DNA from: Eledone cirrhosa
Lineage: Eukaryota
Assembly: GCA_964016885.1 (NCBI GenBank)
Contig: OZ024742.1
Location: forward strand, 221,340,001 to 221,404,000
DNA length: 64,000 nucleotides
Reading direction: 5' to 3'
The notes under the pieces: model-generated
Seen by the model: the letters and a program-made list of their open reading frames with translations, nothing else
What the model was told of the DNA's origin: nothing
The model's database searches: none
Shown: in pieces, positions 37,851-50,805 of the stretch
Position numbering within the stretch: position 1 is the first letter of the stretch
Layout of the letters: every line of letters starts with the position of its first letter
Program-made: the position numbers and the translations under genes

Positions 37851-37926
37851 CTTTAAAAATGTTGCCCTCAGTTTTATAACAAGGGAAGGATCTTTCTTAA
37901 TTCCTTCTTGCATTATTGATGTGTAA
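37851..37926 (-). CDS. WASHC5: Strumpellin exon YTSIMQEGIKKDPSLVIKLRATFLK
   Basis: ttgcag| acceptor, AAG|gtactg donor; 76 nt. Confidence 0.93.
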
Positions 37927-38145
37927 CTGCAAAAGAGGAACAGATATATGGCTGTAAAAAAAACAAACACATACACACATATCTATAGGTATAAAAAATA
38001 CACACATATCTAAGACTGTAAGAGTACATATATAGATGTGTGTACATACACATATCAATGGGTGCCATCATCATCATCAGATTAATGTCTATTTTCCATT
38101 TTAGCATGAAAAATGGATGTTAAATAGTGATGATGATTAGAGGTG

Positions 38146-38522
38146 TATCATCATCATCATCACCGTTTTACGTCTGTTCTTCCACACTAGCATGGGTTAG
38201 ACGGGTTAGACGGCAGTGTCCGGTTGACTGACCATGCCTTGCTCATACAGGAACTAATTCTGGCTTGATTTCTACAGCTGGATCCCTTCCTAACACCAAC
38301 CTCATTTACAGTGAGTGCTGGGTGCTTTTTTTCCGTGGCGCCTACACGTCCACTTTACAGTGTGGGCTGGGTGCTTTTTTGCCGTGGCACCTCCACGACC
38401 ACTTTGCAGTGGGAGGGTGTGGGGACGTATTGTCTATATGCTTCAGCTTCGGCTTGTATCCGTGGGGGGTGGGTGGGGGGTCTTCTGTATTACTGCGTGA
38501 CACCAGAAGTCAGGTTCATGTT
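38146..38522 (-). mobile_element. Second copy of the headless RTE-tailed retroposon
   Basis: Shares the 5' part (gacttctggtgtcacgcagtaatacag) and the body with 54996-55397. Confidence 0.78.
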
Positions 38523-38937
38523 TATGAAGACATATACAATATATTTACACATAATAAATATACATAAACCTTGTTTTGAATGTTTTAAGCAGTGGTCATG
38601 CTATAGCTATCTCAGCAGTGAGAATGCCAGACATGTGATTCAGGATGTTTATCCATCATCAGTGACATTTACTCACTTAATAGAAAGACAAGAATAAGCT
38701 ATAGCTTATATGCTTTATTGTATATAAAACATCTACTGGATATGCACATTTGCATTAAGTGCCAGCTTGACCAAATAGGATTAATTAGTAGTAGTACTAA
38801 CAGCATGATTCATGGTTACAGCTTAAAACCTTCATAATGTATATTTATTATATGTAAACTATCATATATGTCATCAAATACAGCTCTAATATGAATCACA
38901 CTATGTTAGTGCTACTGCTAATATATATATATATAAA

Positions 38938-40074
38938 CTAAATGCAAAGTATGGGTGCATAAAAGATGTAGTGGGATCACAGGTAAGCTAACTAAGAACA
39001 TAGATTTTACATGTGGCCGGTGCTCTGGTGCAATAAGTAGCAGCAAGTGCCCACAAACTACTAGCTCTTTCAATTGCGCAGAGGGTTCTATAGAAATAGT
39101 GGACAGCTTCCGTTACCTGGGCGATAAAATCAGCAGTGGGGGAGGGTGCTCTGAAAGTACTGTAGCTAGAGTCAGAACTGGTTGGAAAAAGTTCAGAGAG
39201 CTTATACCACTATTAGCTGCTAAAGGGTTCTCACTAAAAATGAAAGGCAGGTTGTACGATGCCTGCATACGAACAGCAATGCTGCATGGCAGTGAGACCT
39301 GGGCATTGTGTGCAGAGGATATACGCAGACTAGAGAGGAACGAAGCTTGCATGCTCCGCTGGATGTGTAACAGTAATATACGTGAACGGCAAAGCATAAA
39401 CGAACTAAGGAAAAAATTAGAGATAAGAGGGATCAGATGTTGTTTACTCGAGAGAAGGCTACGTTGGTATGGACACGTGATGCGCATGAAAGTCGATAGC
39501 TGTATAACAAAGTGCAGGGCAATAAAGATAGACGGTAGTCACGGAATAGGCAGACCTAGAAAAACCTGGGACGAGCTGATAAACTCCGACATCACACACT
39601 TACACCTCTCCAAGACAATGTCACTGGACCGAGACCTTTGGCGGTACTCAGTAACAGAGAAGACCCGCCTTACCTAAATATATAGTAAAACCTACTCCAG
39701 CCAGTAGGCATCTCTAACAAAATACACCCCGTCCCACCACCACCACCCCCACCCGATCCACACCACCCCGTTCTATGTAAAGTTATGTTGGTGCCGCGCC
39801 ATCGAGGCCGAAACAAATGAGATCGTGTAGGTGTCACGACAAAAAAACACACAGTCCACGCTGTAATGTGGCCGTGTAGGCAACACGGTAAAAACCTCCC
39901 AGACCCACACTGTAAATGTGGTTGGTGTTAGGAAGGGCATCCAACTGTAGAAAACCTGCCAGACAGTCCTATGCGAGCAAGACAATCACTCTTGCCTCAA
40001 GTGGGACTACCCCCGTCCAAACCCATGCAAGCGTGGAACACGGACGTTAAACGTTGATGATGATGATGATGATG
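38938..40074 (+). mobile_element. Young, strongly 5'-truncated copy of RTE family A
   Basis: Near-identical reverse complement of about 410-1546; only 4 aa differences over 240 aa; same 3' UTR and (GAT)n tail. Confidence 0.95.
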
Positions 40075-40119
40075 AAATAAAAACAACATTTTTGATATAT
40101 ATATAAAAGACAAGTCATG

Positions 40120-40755
40120 TAAGATACACGGCAAAAAGCACCTAGCACACACTGTAAATGTGGTTGGCCCTAGGAAGGGCATCCAGCCGTAGAAAACCAG
40201 CCAGAAACAGTCCTATATGAGCGAGACATGGTCACCCAACCCAACTTGCCTCTAAATGGGACAAACCCGTCTAACCCATGCTAGCGTGGAAGATAGATGT
40301 TAAACGATAATGATGATGATGATATATCTACCTCCCCAATTCCCCAATCCACACTATAAAGTGTCATCCTGGGTCCACGACAATAAGTGCCCAGCCCACA
40401 CTGTAAAGTGGTCATGTTGGTGCTATGACAAGAAACACCCAGCTCACACTGTAAAGTGGTTGTGTAGGTGTCATGACAAAAAGCACCCAGTTCACACTGT
40501 AAAGTGGTTGGGTAGGTGTCATGATAAAAAGTGCTCAGTCTACACTGTAAAGTGGTCATGTTGGTGACACAACAAAAAGCACACAATTCACACTGTAAAT
40601 GTGGTTGGCGTTAGGAAGAGTATCTAGCCGTAGAAACCAAGCAAAAATCAGTTCTGTGTTGGCAAGGTACAATCTGACCTGGCTTATCTCATAGTGAGAC
40701 AGCTCGTCTAACCAATGCTAGTGTGGGAAATGGACATTAAATGATGATGATGATA
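40120..40755 (+). mobile_element. Two tandem SINE-2-related remnants, the second with about 5 copies of the ~52-bp body unit
   Basis: Repeated cacactgtaaagtggt...aaaagcacccag; (GAT)n tails at about 40310 and 40745. Confidence 0.7.
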
Positions 40756-40785
40756 ATAAACGTGATCATCATAAATATTTACACT

Positions 40786-41125
40786 CATCATCATCATTTC
40801 ATTTTACGTCCGCTTTTTCCCTGCTTGCAAGGGTGGGACGGGAACTGATTCTGGCTTGATTTCTACAGCTGGATGCCCTTCCTAACACCAACCTCATTTA
40901 CAGTGAGTGCTGGGTGCTTTTTTGCCGTGGCACCTCCACGACCACTTTGCAGTGGAATGATATGGACCCCAGTCCCTATCATCTCATTTCTACAGCTGAG
41001 TAAACTGGAGCAATGTGAAATAAAGTGTCTTGCTCAAGGAAACAACACATCACCCGGTCTGAGAATTGAACTCACAACCTTTCGATTACAAGGCCAACGC
41101 TCTAACCACTAAGCCATGTGCCTCC
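40786..41125 (-). mobile_element. SINE family 2 copy (one internal repeat unit deleted)
   Basis: Near-identical to 49803-50188 but lacking about 55 bp. Confidence 0.9.
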
Positions 41126-41584
41126 ATACACTAATAGTATTTAAAAACAAAAGCTTTTAATTCTTTGAAATAGTTCAAATAGGTTTCTAATTCAAAATTA
41201 GTAATTATATTTCCTTAAGTTTATCTTAAAATCTTCATTCACATGTGTGTGTGTGTGTGTGTGTAGCTCATACTAAAAAGTGGTCGTGTAGGGACATGAC
41301 ACTACGCACCCAGTATACAGTGTAAATGTGGTTGCCATTAGGAAGGGCATCTAGCCGTAGAAACCTAGCCAACATCATTTCTGTATGAGCTGTGGTCATC
41401 TGACCTGGCTTATCTCACAACAGGACAACTCATCTAACCCACGCTAGCATGGAAAAATGGACGTATGATGATGATGATGATTTATATTTATTTGACAAAA
41501 GGGCCACAATTATGGAATGAAAGATAAGACAATGTGTGATACAGTTTCCAACATAAATTAAGTGTGAACTACAAAAATACTCAC

Positions 41585-41751
41585 CTATCCATTAAGTGCC
41601 ATGCATAAGAAAGATCAGCAACTATCTGAATAGTGATTAGTACCTCTTCTTTGATGTTAATTGTACGTATCATTTGATGAAGGTATTTACGAGTGTCAGC
41701 CAGAAACTGTTTTACCTGAAGGTTGCTCTCCAGCTGATGGAATTCTTGAAC
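41585..41751 (-). CDS. WASHC5: Strumpellin exon [13 protein letters not shown]...[10 protein letters not shown]
   Basis: tgacag| acceptor, AG|gtgag donor; 167 nt. Confidence 0.95.
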
Positions 41752-42096
41752 CTGTCAAAAGAGATCAAATTGGTGAATGGCATCACATCTTGAAAAAGTA
41801 AGAGAAAGGAAAGGAGTTGATCATCAGATTGGACCAAGAAAACAATGTTTCCAATGATCTCCCTATTGTTGATACTATCTACTGGCAGAGGCATAACTAA
41901 GGAAAATAGCACCTATGGCAAGCAGTGAAATTGTGCCCCTGCTCAGCACTGTATTTTTACCAATGGGCCTAATAATTTATATAAATGGTTTAATGATCCA
42001 GCCACTATAGTGTTCTCACCCATGATAATCAGAGACAGATCATACAACTGAAGGAGTTTCTTTTTTTACTCTCTGACGAGGCTTATTTGACTTTAA

Positions 42097-42310
42097 CCCT
42101 TTAATGTTCAAACCGGCCAAAACCGGCCAGAATTCTCTACCTCTTTCTGTTGAAACTGGCCACTCATACTGATTGATGTTAAGGTATTGTTCTCAAAATA
42201 AATACTTTCAAAATCTCATAGATTCAATATTATGTGAGATAATTATGTGAGGTAAAGCCTTTACCATGAAAATATAATAGTATATATAGAGTAATGTGAA
42301 TGCTAAAGGG
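42097..42310. mobile_element. Same TTAA MITE family, opposite orientation
   Basis: TTAA flanks and TIRs. Confidence 0.82.
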
Positions 42311-43382
42311 TTAATAGCATGTGCTTCTAGTCCAAGTGGTGCCCCCTTCATGTGGGGCCAATGGCATGTGCCATGCTTACCATACCCTAGTTAAACCTCT
42401 GTCTACTGGTCACAACTTCTGGTAGAATTAGATAGGATTAAAACTCAGTTCACACAGAGCTTCATTTAATACCACAAATCATTCTGACTGATTAATGAAC
42501 AATTCTGCCAATTCATGGTACAAGACTGGTACTTTATCTATCTACCCTGAAGGGATGAAATCTAAATTTGCCCCCAAGGGAATTTAAACTCAGAGTTCAA
42601 TGAGCTAGAACAAATACTGAAACATTTAATCAGAAACCCTGACTCTGGTAATTTGCTTTACTATAATTTTTTAAAATATGCTGACAACTATGTGTATATG
42701 TGTGTGCATGTGTGTATATGTATGAGTATATAAATATAAATGCACAAACACAGACACACTTACAAAAATACACACTTACAGACATACATTCACACAAACA
42801 CACACAATGTAGCAAATGGAACGCCAGTCGCTGTTTTGCTATATTTTATTTCACCATCCCCTTCCTTCCTTTTACACACACACACACACATTGGGTGATG
42901 ACAGAAGTCATTTAAATTTATATATAGATATTGGCAGAGTTGTTAGAGAGTAAGGCCAAATACCTTGCTGTACTTATTACTCTCTCTTAGCTGTGAGTTC
43001 GAGTTCAAATCACCCTGAGATAAATTTTGTCTTTTATCTTTTCAGCATTGATAAAATAAAGTATCACTCTAGGGTGGTGGGTTGGCAGAATTGTTAGTTT
43101 ATCATCAGATGAGATGTTTAGTACTGCCACATTACAATGATGACTGGAGCATTTTATCACTACCACCACCATCACCATCACCATCACCACCACCATTACT
43201 ACCACCACCACCATCATCATCATCATCACCGTCATTACCATCACCACCACCACCACCCCCATCACCATCACCACAACCACCACCACCACCACCACAATCA
43301 CCACCACCATTTAGCGTCCAATTTTCCATGCTAGCATGAGTTACATGGAATATAACTTGAGTTGAGTTAAAATAGTGCTTAC

Positions 43383-43495
43383 TTCTTCCAGAGCTTGTAT
43401 AAGTTGAACTATTTTTCTACCAGCAGCAGTGGAATCATCATAGTCTAGAGAACTGATCTGTTTAGACATTTCAGCAAACCAAGCCTGTAAATTGT
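43383..43495 (-). CDS. WASHC5: Strumpellin exon [37 protein letters not shown]
   Basis: tttcag| acceptor, GAA|gtaag donor; 113 nt. Confidence 0.95.
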
Positions 43496-44261
43496 CTGAA
43501 ATATTTCAAAGAAAGTAAAACAGAATGTTTCAAAATGTAAGATTATATTATACATTGTCCACCATATCCTCTTCTTCCTTATCGTAATTATTATTATTTT
43601 TTGTCATGCTGGCAGATTCACTGTGCCAGACATATATATATGTATGTTTCTGAGGAGGATGGCTGATTGAACAGAGTCTTTGAGACTAGTAATTGGTAAT
43701 AACTTAACCACTATCATGCTAGTCGAAACATCGATCTTCCCTGATCAATCGACCCTCTGAAACGATTGTAAGACAATGAACTAACTCTCTACCCACATCT
43801 GACTTCTGTTTTAATTGTTCAAACACAGACACACACACACACACAAAAGAACGACAGTATGATGCATGTGTGCGATTTGCGATGCTGCATGGTAGTGAAA
43901 CATGGGCTGCGACTGCAGAGGTCGTGTGTAAACTGGAGAGAAATGAAGCAACCATGCTCCACTGGATGTGCAATGTAAGTGTGAGAGAGAGGCAGAAGAG
44001 TTGAAGGAAAAGCTGGGTTTAAGAGGAATCCAAGCTTTGCTGATGTTCAAAGCAGCAATAACACTATATTCACCAAATTTCTCAAGGGCTAGGGCCCATT
44101 GGTGAGTGATATATGAATATAGGTTTATAATAAATAGGTCTGGCTTTATGGAAGTCATATTCATGGTCAATAAACCTTTTGTTACCATATATCTAATATA
44201 AGACACTGTTTGTGATCTTCAAATAATTTTGAAAATAATAACCCTTACTTATGGTCTTGAA

Positions 44262-44672
44262 TCTTGGGTAATGACCAAAAGAATATGATCACAAATACAA
44301 GTGGCCGAAATGGGATTCCTCTGAAGGGTCTTTGGAGTAACGTTACTCAATATAGTGCATAGTTTGGAGATCAGAGAGTCACTCCAAGTAGAGCCGCTAC
44401 TTCTCTGAATTGATAGATCACAGCTCCGATACTATGGGCATGCAGTTAGAATGTCTCAATGGACAGATTTTACGGCCAAAACCAACCGGCATGAAACCTA
44501 GTGGTAGAGCCTGAGAAAAATGGTTGGATAGCATCCATGAGCTTGGCTGTCTTGCTTGGGGATCCAGCCGGATAAGTTGGAGATGGTTGCTTCTGACGAC
44601 CTGTAGGAAGGAGCATTTAACGACTCTGCCCCCATGACCCTCTCAGGAATAAGTGGTTGAAGAACAAGAAGA
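44262..44672 (+). mobile_element. Degraded RTE (Expander/Rex3-like) 3' fragment
   Basis: WVMTKRI*SQIQVAEMGFL...LQVEPLLL..RSQLRYYGHAVRM; opposite-strand relative at 8433-8680. Confidence 0.7.
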
Positions 44673-44930
44673 AAAAATTTGGAGTGATTTAGCAACATAA
44701 CTAACTTTCTCATTATTAAGCTGGTGTTTGGAACATAAATAACATAGGTTCTTATAAAAAATTATAATGGATAATTTCTAGATAAATATAAACACTTTAA
44801 AACAATCTGCTCTGTATCATAGAATGAGGGGTAAATTTTAGGCAGTTTGGGTTAGAGGGTTAAGAAAGGAAGAGAATCAAGATATTGGAGAAGTTGTCTT
44901 CATTTATGTACACTCTTAGCATATACCTAC

Positions 44931-45060
44931 CATTTTTCTCAATTCTTGTTAAAGGTTTCACCCCAGAAAATACTTCACTTAATTCCTGCATTCGTTCATT
45001 GCCCTCCGTTTTGTAACTTTCCCACTTGGTCTGCTTTTCTAACAACATTTGTTTGAAGAT
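44931..45060 (-). CDS. WASHC5: Strumpellin exon [14 protein letters not shown]...PLTRIEKN
   Basis: aatcag| acceptor, G|gtaggt donor; 130 nt. Confidence 0.95.
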
Positions 45061-46115
45061 CTGATTTTAAAGTAAACAAAAAGGATACTTTAAAAAAAAA
45101 TAAAGGAAGGCAATTGATATTGAGAAAACAAATATAATGAGAGGACTGGGTCATGTGTTGAGGAAGGATGGAAGTGACTGGGTAAGAGGACTAGAGCCAA
45201 TGTTGGATACTGTAAAGAGAAATGGAATGAGATGGCTGGGTTATGTGTTGAGGAAGGATGAAAGTGACTGGGTGAGAGGACTAGAGCCAATGATGGATGC
45301 TGTAAAGAGAAATGGAATGAGATGGCTGGGTCATGTGTTGAAGGATGAAAGTAATTGCATTCAACCCTTGTCAGCATAGAAAATAGATGGGAAATGATGA
45401 TTATGATGAAGTGATGGAAATGAATGTGGAAGGAAGTAGAGGAAGGGGAAGACCAAGAAAGATAAAGGGTCGATAGAAGGATGCAGACGATAGAGCAAAA
45501 TGGAGAAACCTATCATGAGGCTACAAGATTGCTGACCCCTGAGTTAGTACTGTAAATGACTTTAAGAGGCTTAGTGTTGTTGTTGTTCATTGCTCTTTCT
45601 TTGTAACCTTCTCATTTTGTATTAAAGATTTGGTTTTAAAAGTAAACATAAACAGATACATTAAAAAAAAAAATTATATTGCTTATTTTCTTTTTTAAGC
45701 ATTGTGTATCTGAGACATTCAATGTGCTTCATCCTTATTTTTTTAAAGCCATTAGGGTATGATGTGGGGGAGATTTGGCTGTTATTTTTAGCATGTCAAG
45801 CAACAATTTAGATGCTGTGTGTGATATATCTGGGTGTGTGTATATATATATATTAGCGGTCCAAGGCTTATATGTAATGCATATGATGAAACACGTGTAA
45901 GTGTTATGCAATAAAAGTTATTCCCACTCATCTGGATTACAGCGTTTTTGATAATATTTTTGTAATTTTCTATATACATATATATATTTATATATTTTGC
46001 AAGCAGGGAAAAGTGGACGTAAAATGATGATGATGATGATGATGATGTTAATATTTAAAATCCTCCATGATTAGCAGGTTATCAAGAGAGGCAGTGTTAT
46101 ATAAAATGTCCTTAC

Positions 46116-46246
46116 TTCTTTTAGCTTCAGTTCAAACTGTCCAATGTTTAGGAGAAGCTGGAAGAGAGCCAGAGGTGAATACTGACTGTCAGCAATTACT
46201 TGATCTCGAACCTGGCGAAACCTTTTTGCATTTTCCTGAGTAGCCG
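46116..46246 (-). CDS. WASHC5: Strumpellin exon ATQENAKRFRQVRDQVIADSQYSPLALFQLLLNIGQFELKLKE
   Basis: Weak acceptor ctatttctaaaaag| supplied by the first minisatellite unit; GAA|gtaag donor; 131 nt restores frame. Confidence 0.88.
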
Positions 46247-47923
46247 CTTTTTAGAAATAGACAGGTAATAATAGAGATATTATAGTACTTTGAGTAGCTT
46301 CTATATAGAAATAGACTGGTAATATATAGAGATATTATAGTACCTTTAGTAGCTTCTATATAGAAATAGACTGGTAATATATAGAGATATTATAGTACTT
46401 TGAGTAGCTTCTATATAGAAATAGACAGGTAATAATAGAGATATTATAGTACTTTGAGTAGCTTCTATATAGAAATAGACTGGTAATATATAGAGATATT
46501 ATAGTACTTTGAGTAGCTTCTATGTAGAAATAGACAGGTAATATATAGAGATATTATAGTACTTTGAGTAGCTTCTATATAGAAATAGACTGGTAATATA
46601 TAGAGATATTATAGTACCTTTAGTAGCTTCTATGTAGAAATAGACAGGTAATATATAGAGATATTATAGTACTTTGAGTAGCTTCTATGTAGAAATAGAC
46701 TGGTAATATATAGAGATATTATAGTACCTTTAGTAGCTTCTATGTAGAAATAGACTGGTAATATATAGAGATATTATAGTACCTTTAGTAGCTTCTATAT
46801 AGAAATAGACTGGTAATATATAGAGATATTATAGTACCTTTAGTAGCTTCTATGTAGAAATAGACAGGTAATATATAGAGATATTATAGTACTTTGAGTA
46901 GCTTCTATATAGAAATAGACAGGTAATATATAGAGATATTATAGTACCTTTAGTAGCTTCTATATAGAAATAGACTGGTAATATATAGAGATATTATAGT
47001 ACCTTTAGTAGCTTCTATGTAGAAATAGACTGGTAATATATAGAGATATTATAGTACCTTTAGTAGCTTCTATATAGGAATAGACTGGTAATATATAGAG
47101 ATATTATAGTACTTTGAATAGCTTCTATGTAGAAATAGACTGGTAATATATAGAGATATTATAGTACTTTGAGTAGCTTCTATGTAGAAATAGACTGGTA
47201 ATATATAGAGATATTATAGTACCTTTAGTAGCTTCTATATAGAAATAGACAGGTAATATATAGAGATATTATAGTACTTTGAGTAGCTTCTATATACAAA
47301 TAGACAGGTAATATATAGAGATATTATAGTACTTTGAGTAGCTTCTATGTAGAAATAGACAGGTAATAATAGAAATATTATAGTACTTTGAGTAGCTTCT
47401 ATATACAAATAGACAGGTAATATATAGAGATATTATAGTACCTTTAGTAGCTTCTATATAGAAATAGACTGGTATATATATAGAGATATTATAGTACTTT
47501 GAGTAGCTTCTATGTAGAAATAGACAGGTAATATATAGAGATATTATAATACTTTGAGTAGCTTCTATGTAGAAATAGACAGGTAATATATAGAGATATT
47601 ATAGTACCTTTAGTAGCTTCTATATAGAAATAGACAGGTAATATATAGAGATATTATAGTACTTTGAATAGCTTCTATGTAGAAATAGACTGGTAATATA
47701 TAGAGATATTATAGTACTTTGAGTAGCTTCTATGTAGAAATAGACAGGTAATATATAGAGATATTATAGTACTTTGAATAGCTTCTATGTAGAAATAGAC
47801 TGGTAATATATAGAGATATTATAGTACTTTTAGTAGCTTCTATATAGAAATAGACAGCTAATATATAGAGATATTATAGTACCTTTAGTAGCTTCTATAT
47901 AGAAATAGACTGGTATATATAGA
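46238..47923. repeat. 55-bp minisatellite (about 30 copies) overlapping a WASHC5 splice acceptor
   Basis: agaaatagactggtaatatatagagatattatagtacctttagtagcttctatat. Confidence 0.97.
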
Positions 47924-47962
47924 AACATTCTAACATTCATTATATCATCTCTCTCCTCTAGA

Positions 47963-48150
47963 GGCGGTGGATTGGCAATATCGGTAGAGGGTCAGACGAC
48001 ATGCTTTGATGCATAGAGTTACGGCCCTTGCCATTCTGAATTCAAATCCCGCCGAGGTTAACTTTGCCTTTCATCCTTACGGGGTCGATAAAATAAAGTA
48101 CCAGTAATGCACTGGGTAATTGTGGCCTTGTGCCAAAAGTAGAAACAATT
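47963..48150 (+). mobile_element. SINE family 1 copy
   Basis: Same consensus; attatatcatctct repeated on both sides. Other copies lie near 4440, 4632, 10075, 14545, 14850, 15420, 33600, 33770 and 57280. Confidence 0.85.
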
Positions 48151-48825
48151 ATATCATCTCTTTCTCTTTTTCTTTCTCTCCGTAGACACACATAATGACA
48201 GTGTCGAAGACGCTATTTTTTTCCTAAAATAAATTTTGCAAATTTACCATGCTTCCCTGAGGATGCATTTTACAGTTTTCATTAAGCCGCTTTTGACACA
48301 AGAGAAGGATTATCTCTGCTAGTCAGTAACTTGAACTCCTATATATGACCACTCTGAACATTACCTTTCATCTTTTCAAGGTTGATAAAAAGTACAAGTT
48401 AATTATTGCAGTTGACTCTACCTTTATATCTCTTTCTCACTTTCTTGCTATCACTCTCTCTCCCGTTCTCTGCAAGAAAACAACTGTGTTCAGACATGGA
48501 GAGGAGATGGGGTCCACCAGGTTAAAATATCCCAGATGGCACCCCTATGATTACATCAGGATTTACGGGTACATACACACACACACACACATACATGCAT
48601 TTACATAACCATACATACACACGCACACATTCATATATACACACATACATACATATGACCTCTTAATGAAGTGTATAAATTATACTTAGTTAAGATTGTA
48701 GATAAACTAAAAATTATCTTTAAAAACAAAAATTTTAAGATAATATATGTAATAGCAAAATAAATTTTGGTAGATAAAAAAGAATATATATAAAATATAC
48801 ACAATATATATTTGAAGGTACATAC

Positions 48826-49003
48826 AGGTGGGTAATGCAGCAGTGTGTAAGAGCAACCAACGAAGTGTGACGTTCCCTTCTCTCATAACGTTCATTAACT
48901 TCTGAATATTGTCTAGAATGAAGTCCTCCTGTAACACACCTTCTTGTAGGTTCTTCTCCAGTTGACTGTTAAGTCTTTTCATTTTCTGGTTATATTTCAT
49001 AGC
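48826..49003 (-). CDS. WASHC5: Strumpellin exon AMKYNQKM...RWLLLHTAALPT
   Basis: ctttag| acceptor, T|gtatgt donor; 178 nt, ends in phase 1. Confidence 0.92.
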
Positions 49004-49041
49004 CTAAAGAAGAGCACTGTAGGTATTGGCATTGACTTTAA

Positions 49042-49262
49042 CCATTTAGCATTTAAACTGGCTGTATCTGGCCAGAATTCTCTCACCTCTTTCTTTTCAA
49101 ACCGACCATAACAGATTGCTCATACTTATGTTAAAGTATTGTTCTCAAAATAAATAATATCAACATTTTGTAAATTCGATGTTATCTGAGATGATTATGT
49201 GAGATAAAGAGTTTACTGTGAAAATACAACAGTATATATAGAGTAAGGTAAATGCTAAATTA
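49042..49262. mobile_element. Same TTAA MITE family, older copy
   Basis: Degenerate TIRs; lies about 40 nt from the acceptor of the exon at 49003. Confidence 0.75.
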
Positions 49263-49802
49263 TTAAAAAAAGATCGTAGTAGAATAATATTGGACACAGC
49301 CTAGCTGAATGGGTTAGAAGTTTGGTTTGTAACCATAAAGTCGTGGGTTTGATCCACTGCATGGCATCTTGGATAAGTGTCAATTACTATAGCTCCAAGT
49401 TGACTTTAACTTTGTGAGTGAAATTGTGCAGATGGAAGAAACTGTTTGGAAGTTCATTGGATCAGTCAGTATAGGAAATCTTTCTGAGAATAAACACTAA
49501 AAGTACTAAAAGTACTAAAAGTACTAAAAGGGACGAAGTTACATTTGCTGTAACTTAGTGGTTTTCCAAAAAGAGATCAATAAAATAATGACCAGACTTG
49601 AAAAAATAAGTACTAGGATCAATATGATTGACTAAATCCCTTCAAGTAGGGGCCCCAGCATGGCCACAGTTGGAAACAAGCAAAATAATAAAAGAACATA
49701 CCAAAACACAACATTAACTCTTAACATGTTGTTAGGATTTTGTAGAAAATATCTAAAAGCAGGTTTGTTAATTCAAATGTTGATAGTATCTTTACTAGCG
49801 GA

Positions 49803-50188
49803 CATCATCATTTCATTTTACGTCCGCTTTTCCCTGCTTGCAAGGGTGGGATGGGAACTGATTCTGGCTTGATTTCTACAGCTGGATGCCCTTCCTAACA
49901 CCAACCTCATTTACAGTGAGTGCTGGGTGCTTTTTTTTCCGTGGCGCCTACACGTCCACTTTACAGTGTGGGCTGGGTGCTTTTTTGCCGTGGCACCTCC
50001 ACGACCACTCTACAGTGGAATGATAGGGACCCCAGTCCCTATCATCTCATTTCTACAGCTGAGTAAACTGGAGCAATATGAAATAAAGTGTCTTGCTCAA
50101 GGAAACAACACATCACCCGGTCTGAGAATTGAACTCACAACCTTTCGATTGCAAGGCCAATGCTCTAACCACTAAGCCATGTGCCTCC
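49803..50188 (-). mobile_element. SINE family 2 full-length copy
   Basis: Starts ggaggcacatggcttagtggttagagc on the minus strand; ends in the RTE-type tail. Confidence 0.9.
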
Positions 50189-50349
50189 ACATATTGTTGT
50201 AAAAATTTGCTGTATTAAAGTAAAAACTTTAATTTTAAATGTGATACAGATATACTGCTGTTTTGGAATTTTCAAGGATGTCTTGCTAATGGAGTTTCAT
50301 TTGATATGAAATGTTAAGAGTTAAAATAAAGAAAACCAGGAAGATTTAC

Positions 50350-50463
50350 CTGTTCCTTAATGTTGCTCTGCTCCAGTGTGTTGTTGAGAGCAATCATAGC
50401 AGCTTTATAAGAGGACCAGACATCAAGAAGGTTGACAGTTATACCCATATAGACACTTATTAT
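50350..50463 (-). CDS. WASHC5: Strumpellin exon [16 protein letters not shown]...NIKEQ
   Basis: ttccag| acceptor, CAG|gtaaat donor; 114 nt. Confidence 0.95.
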
Positions 50464-50805
50464 CTGGAAAACATAAACATAAACATACAGAAGAGGTAGA
50501 GAAAATAGGGGAGTGTTAAAAACTATGGGTTTGATGAGAATAAAGCTAAAGTCATGACCACCATCACTATTATTATAACCACCCCCAATTAGACAGTCAC
50601 CACTACCATCATGATTACCACCATCACCACCACGTATCTGAGTAATCTTCACCTACTTAATTATCACCTTACTAATTATTAAATAAATATATTTTAATGG
50701 GATTTGAACTGCACAAGGCCAAAACAAACACTATGAGTCTATTTCACCTATGCTTAAAAAAAAACAACAAAAAAACTGTTGAAGACAACTGGAATAGTAA
50801 CTTAC

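Noticed and set aside
41040-41125. tRNA gene
   Set aside because: The tRNA-like A/B boxes are SINE heads that continue into a SINE body and RTE tail; the acceptor stem is not intact.
43676-43740. Hammerhead-like ctttga-GACTAG...CTAGTC-gaaac
   Set aside because: The core is degenerate (CTTTGA, not CTGANGA) and stems I and III do not pair. It is at most a dead remnant.
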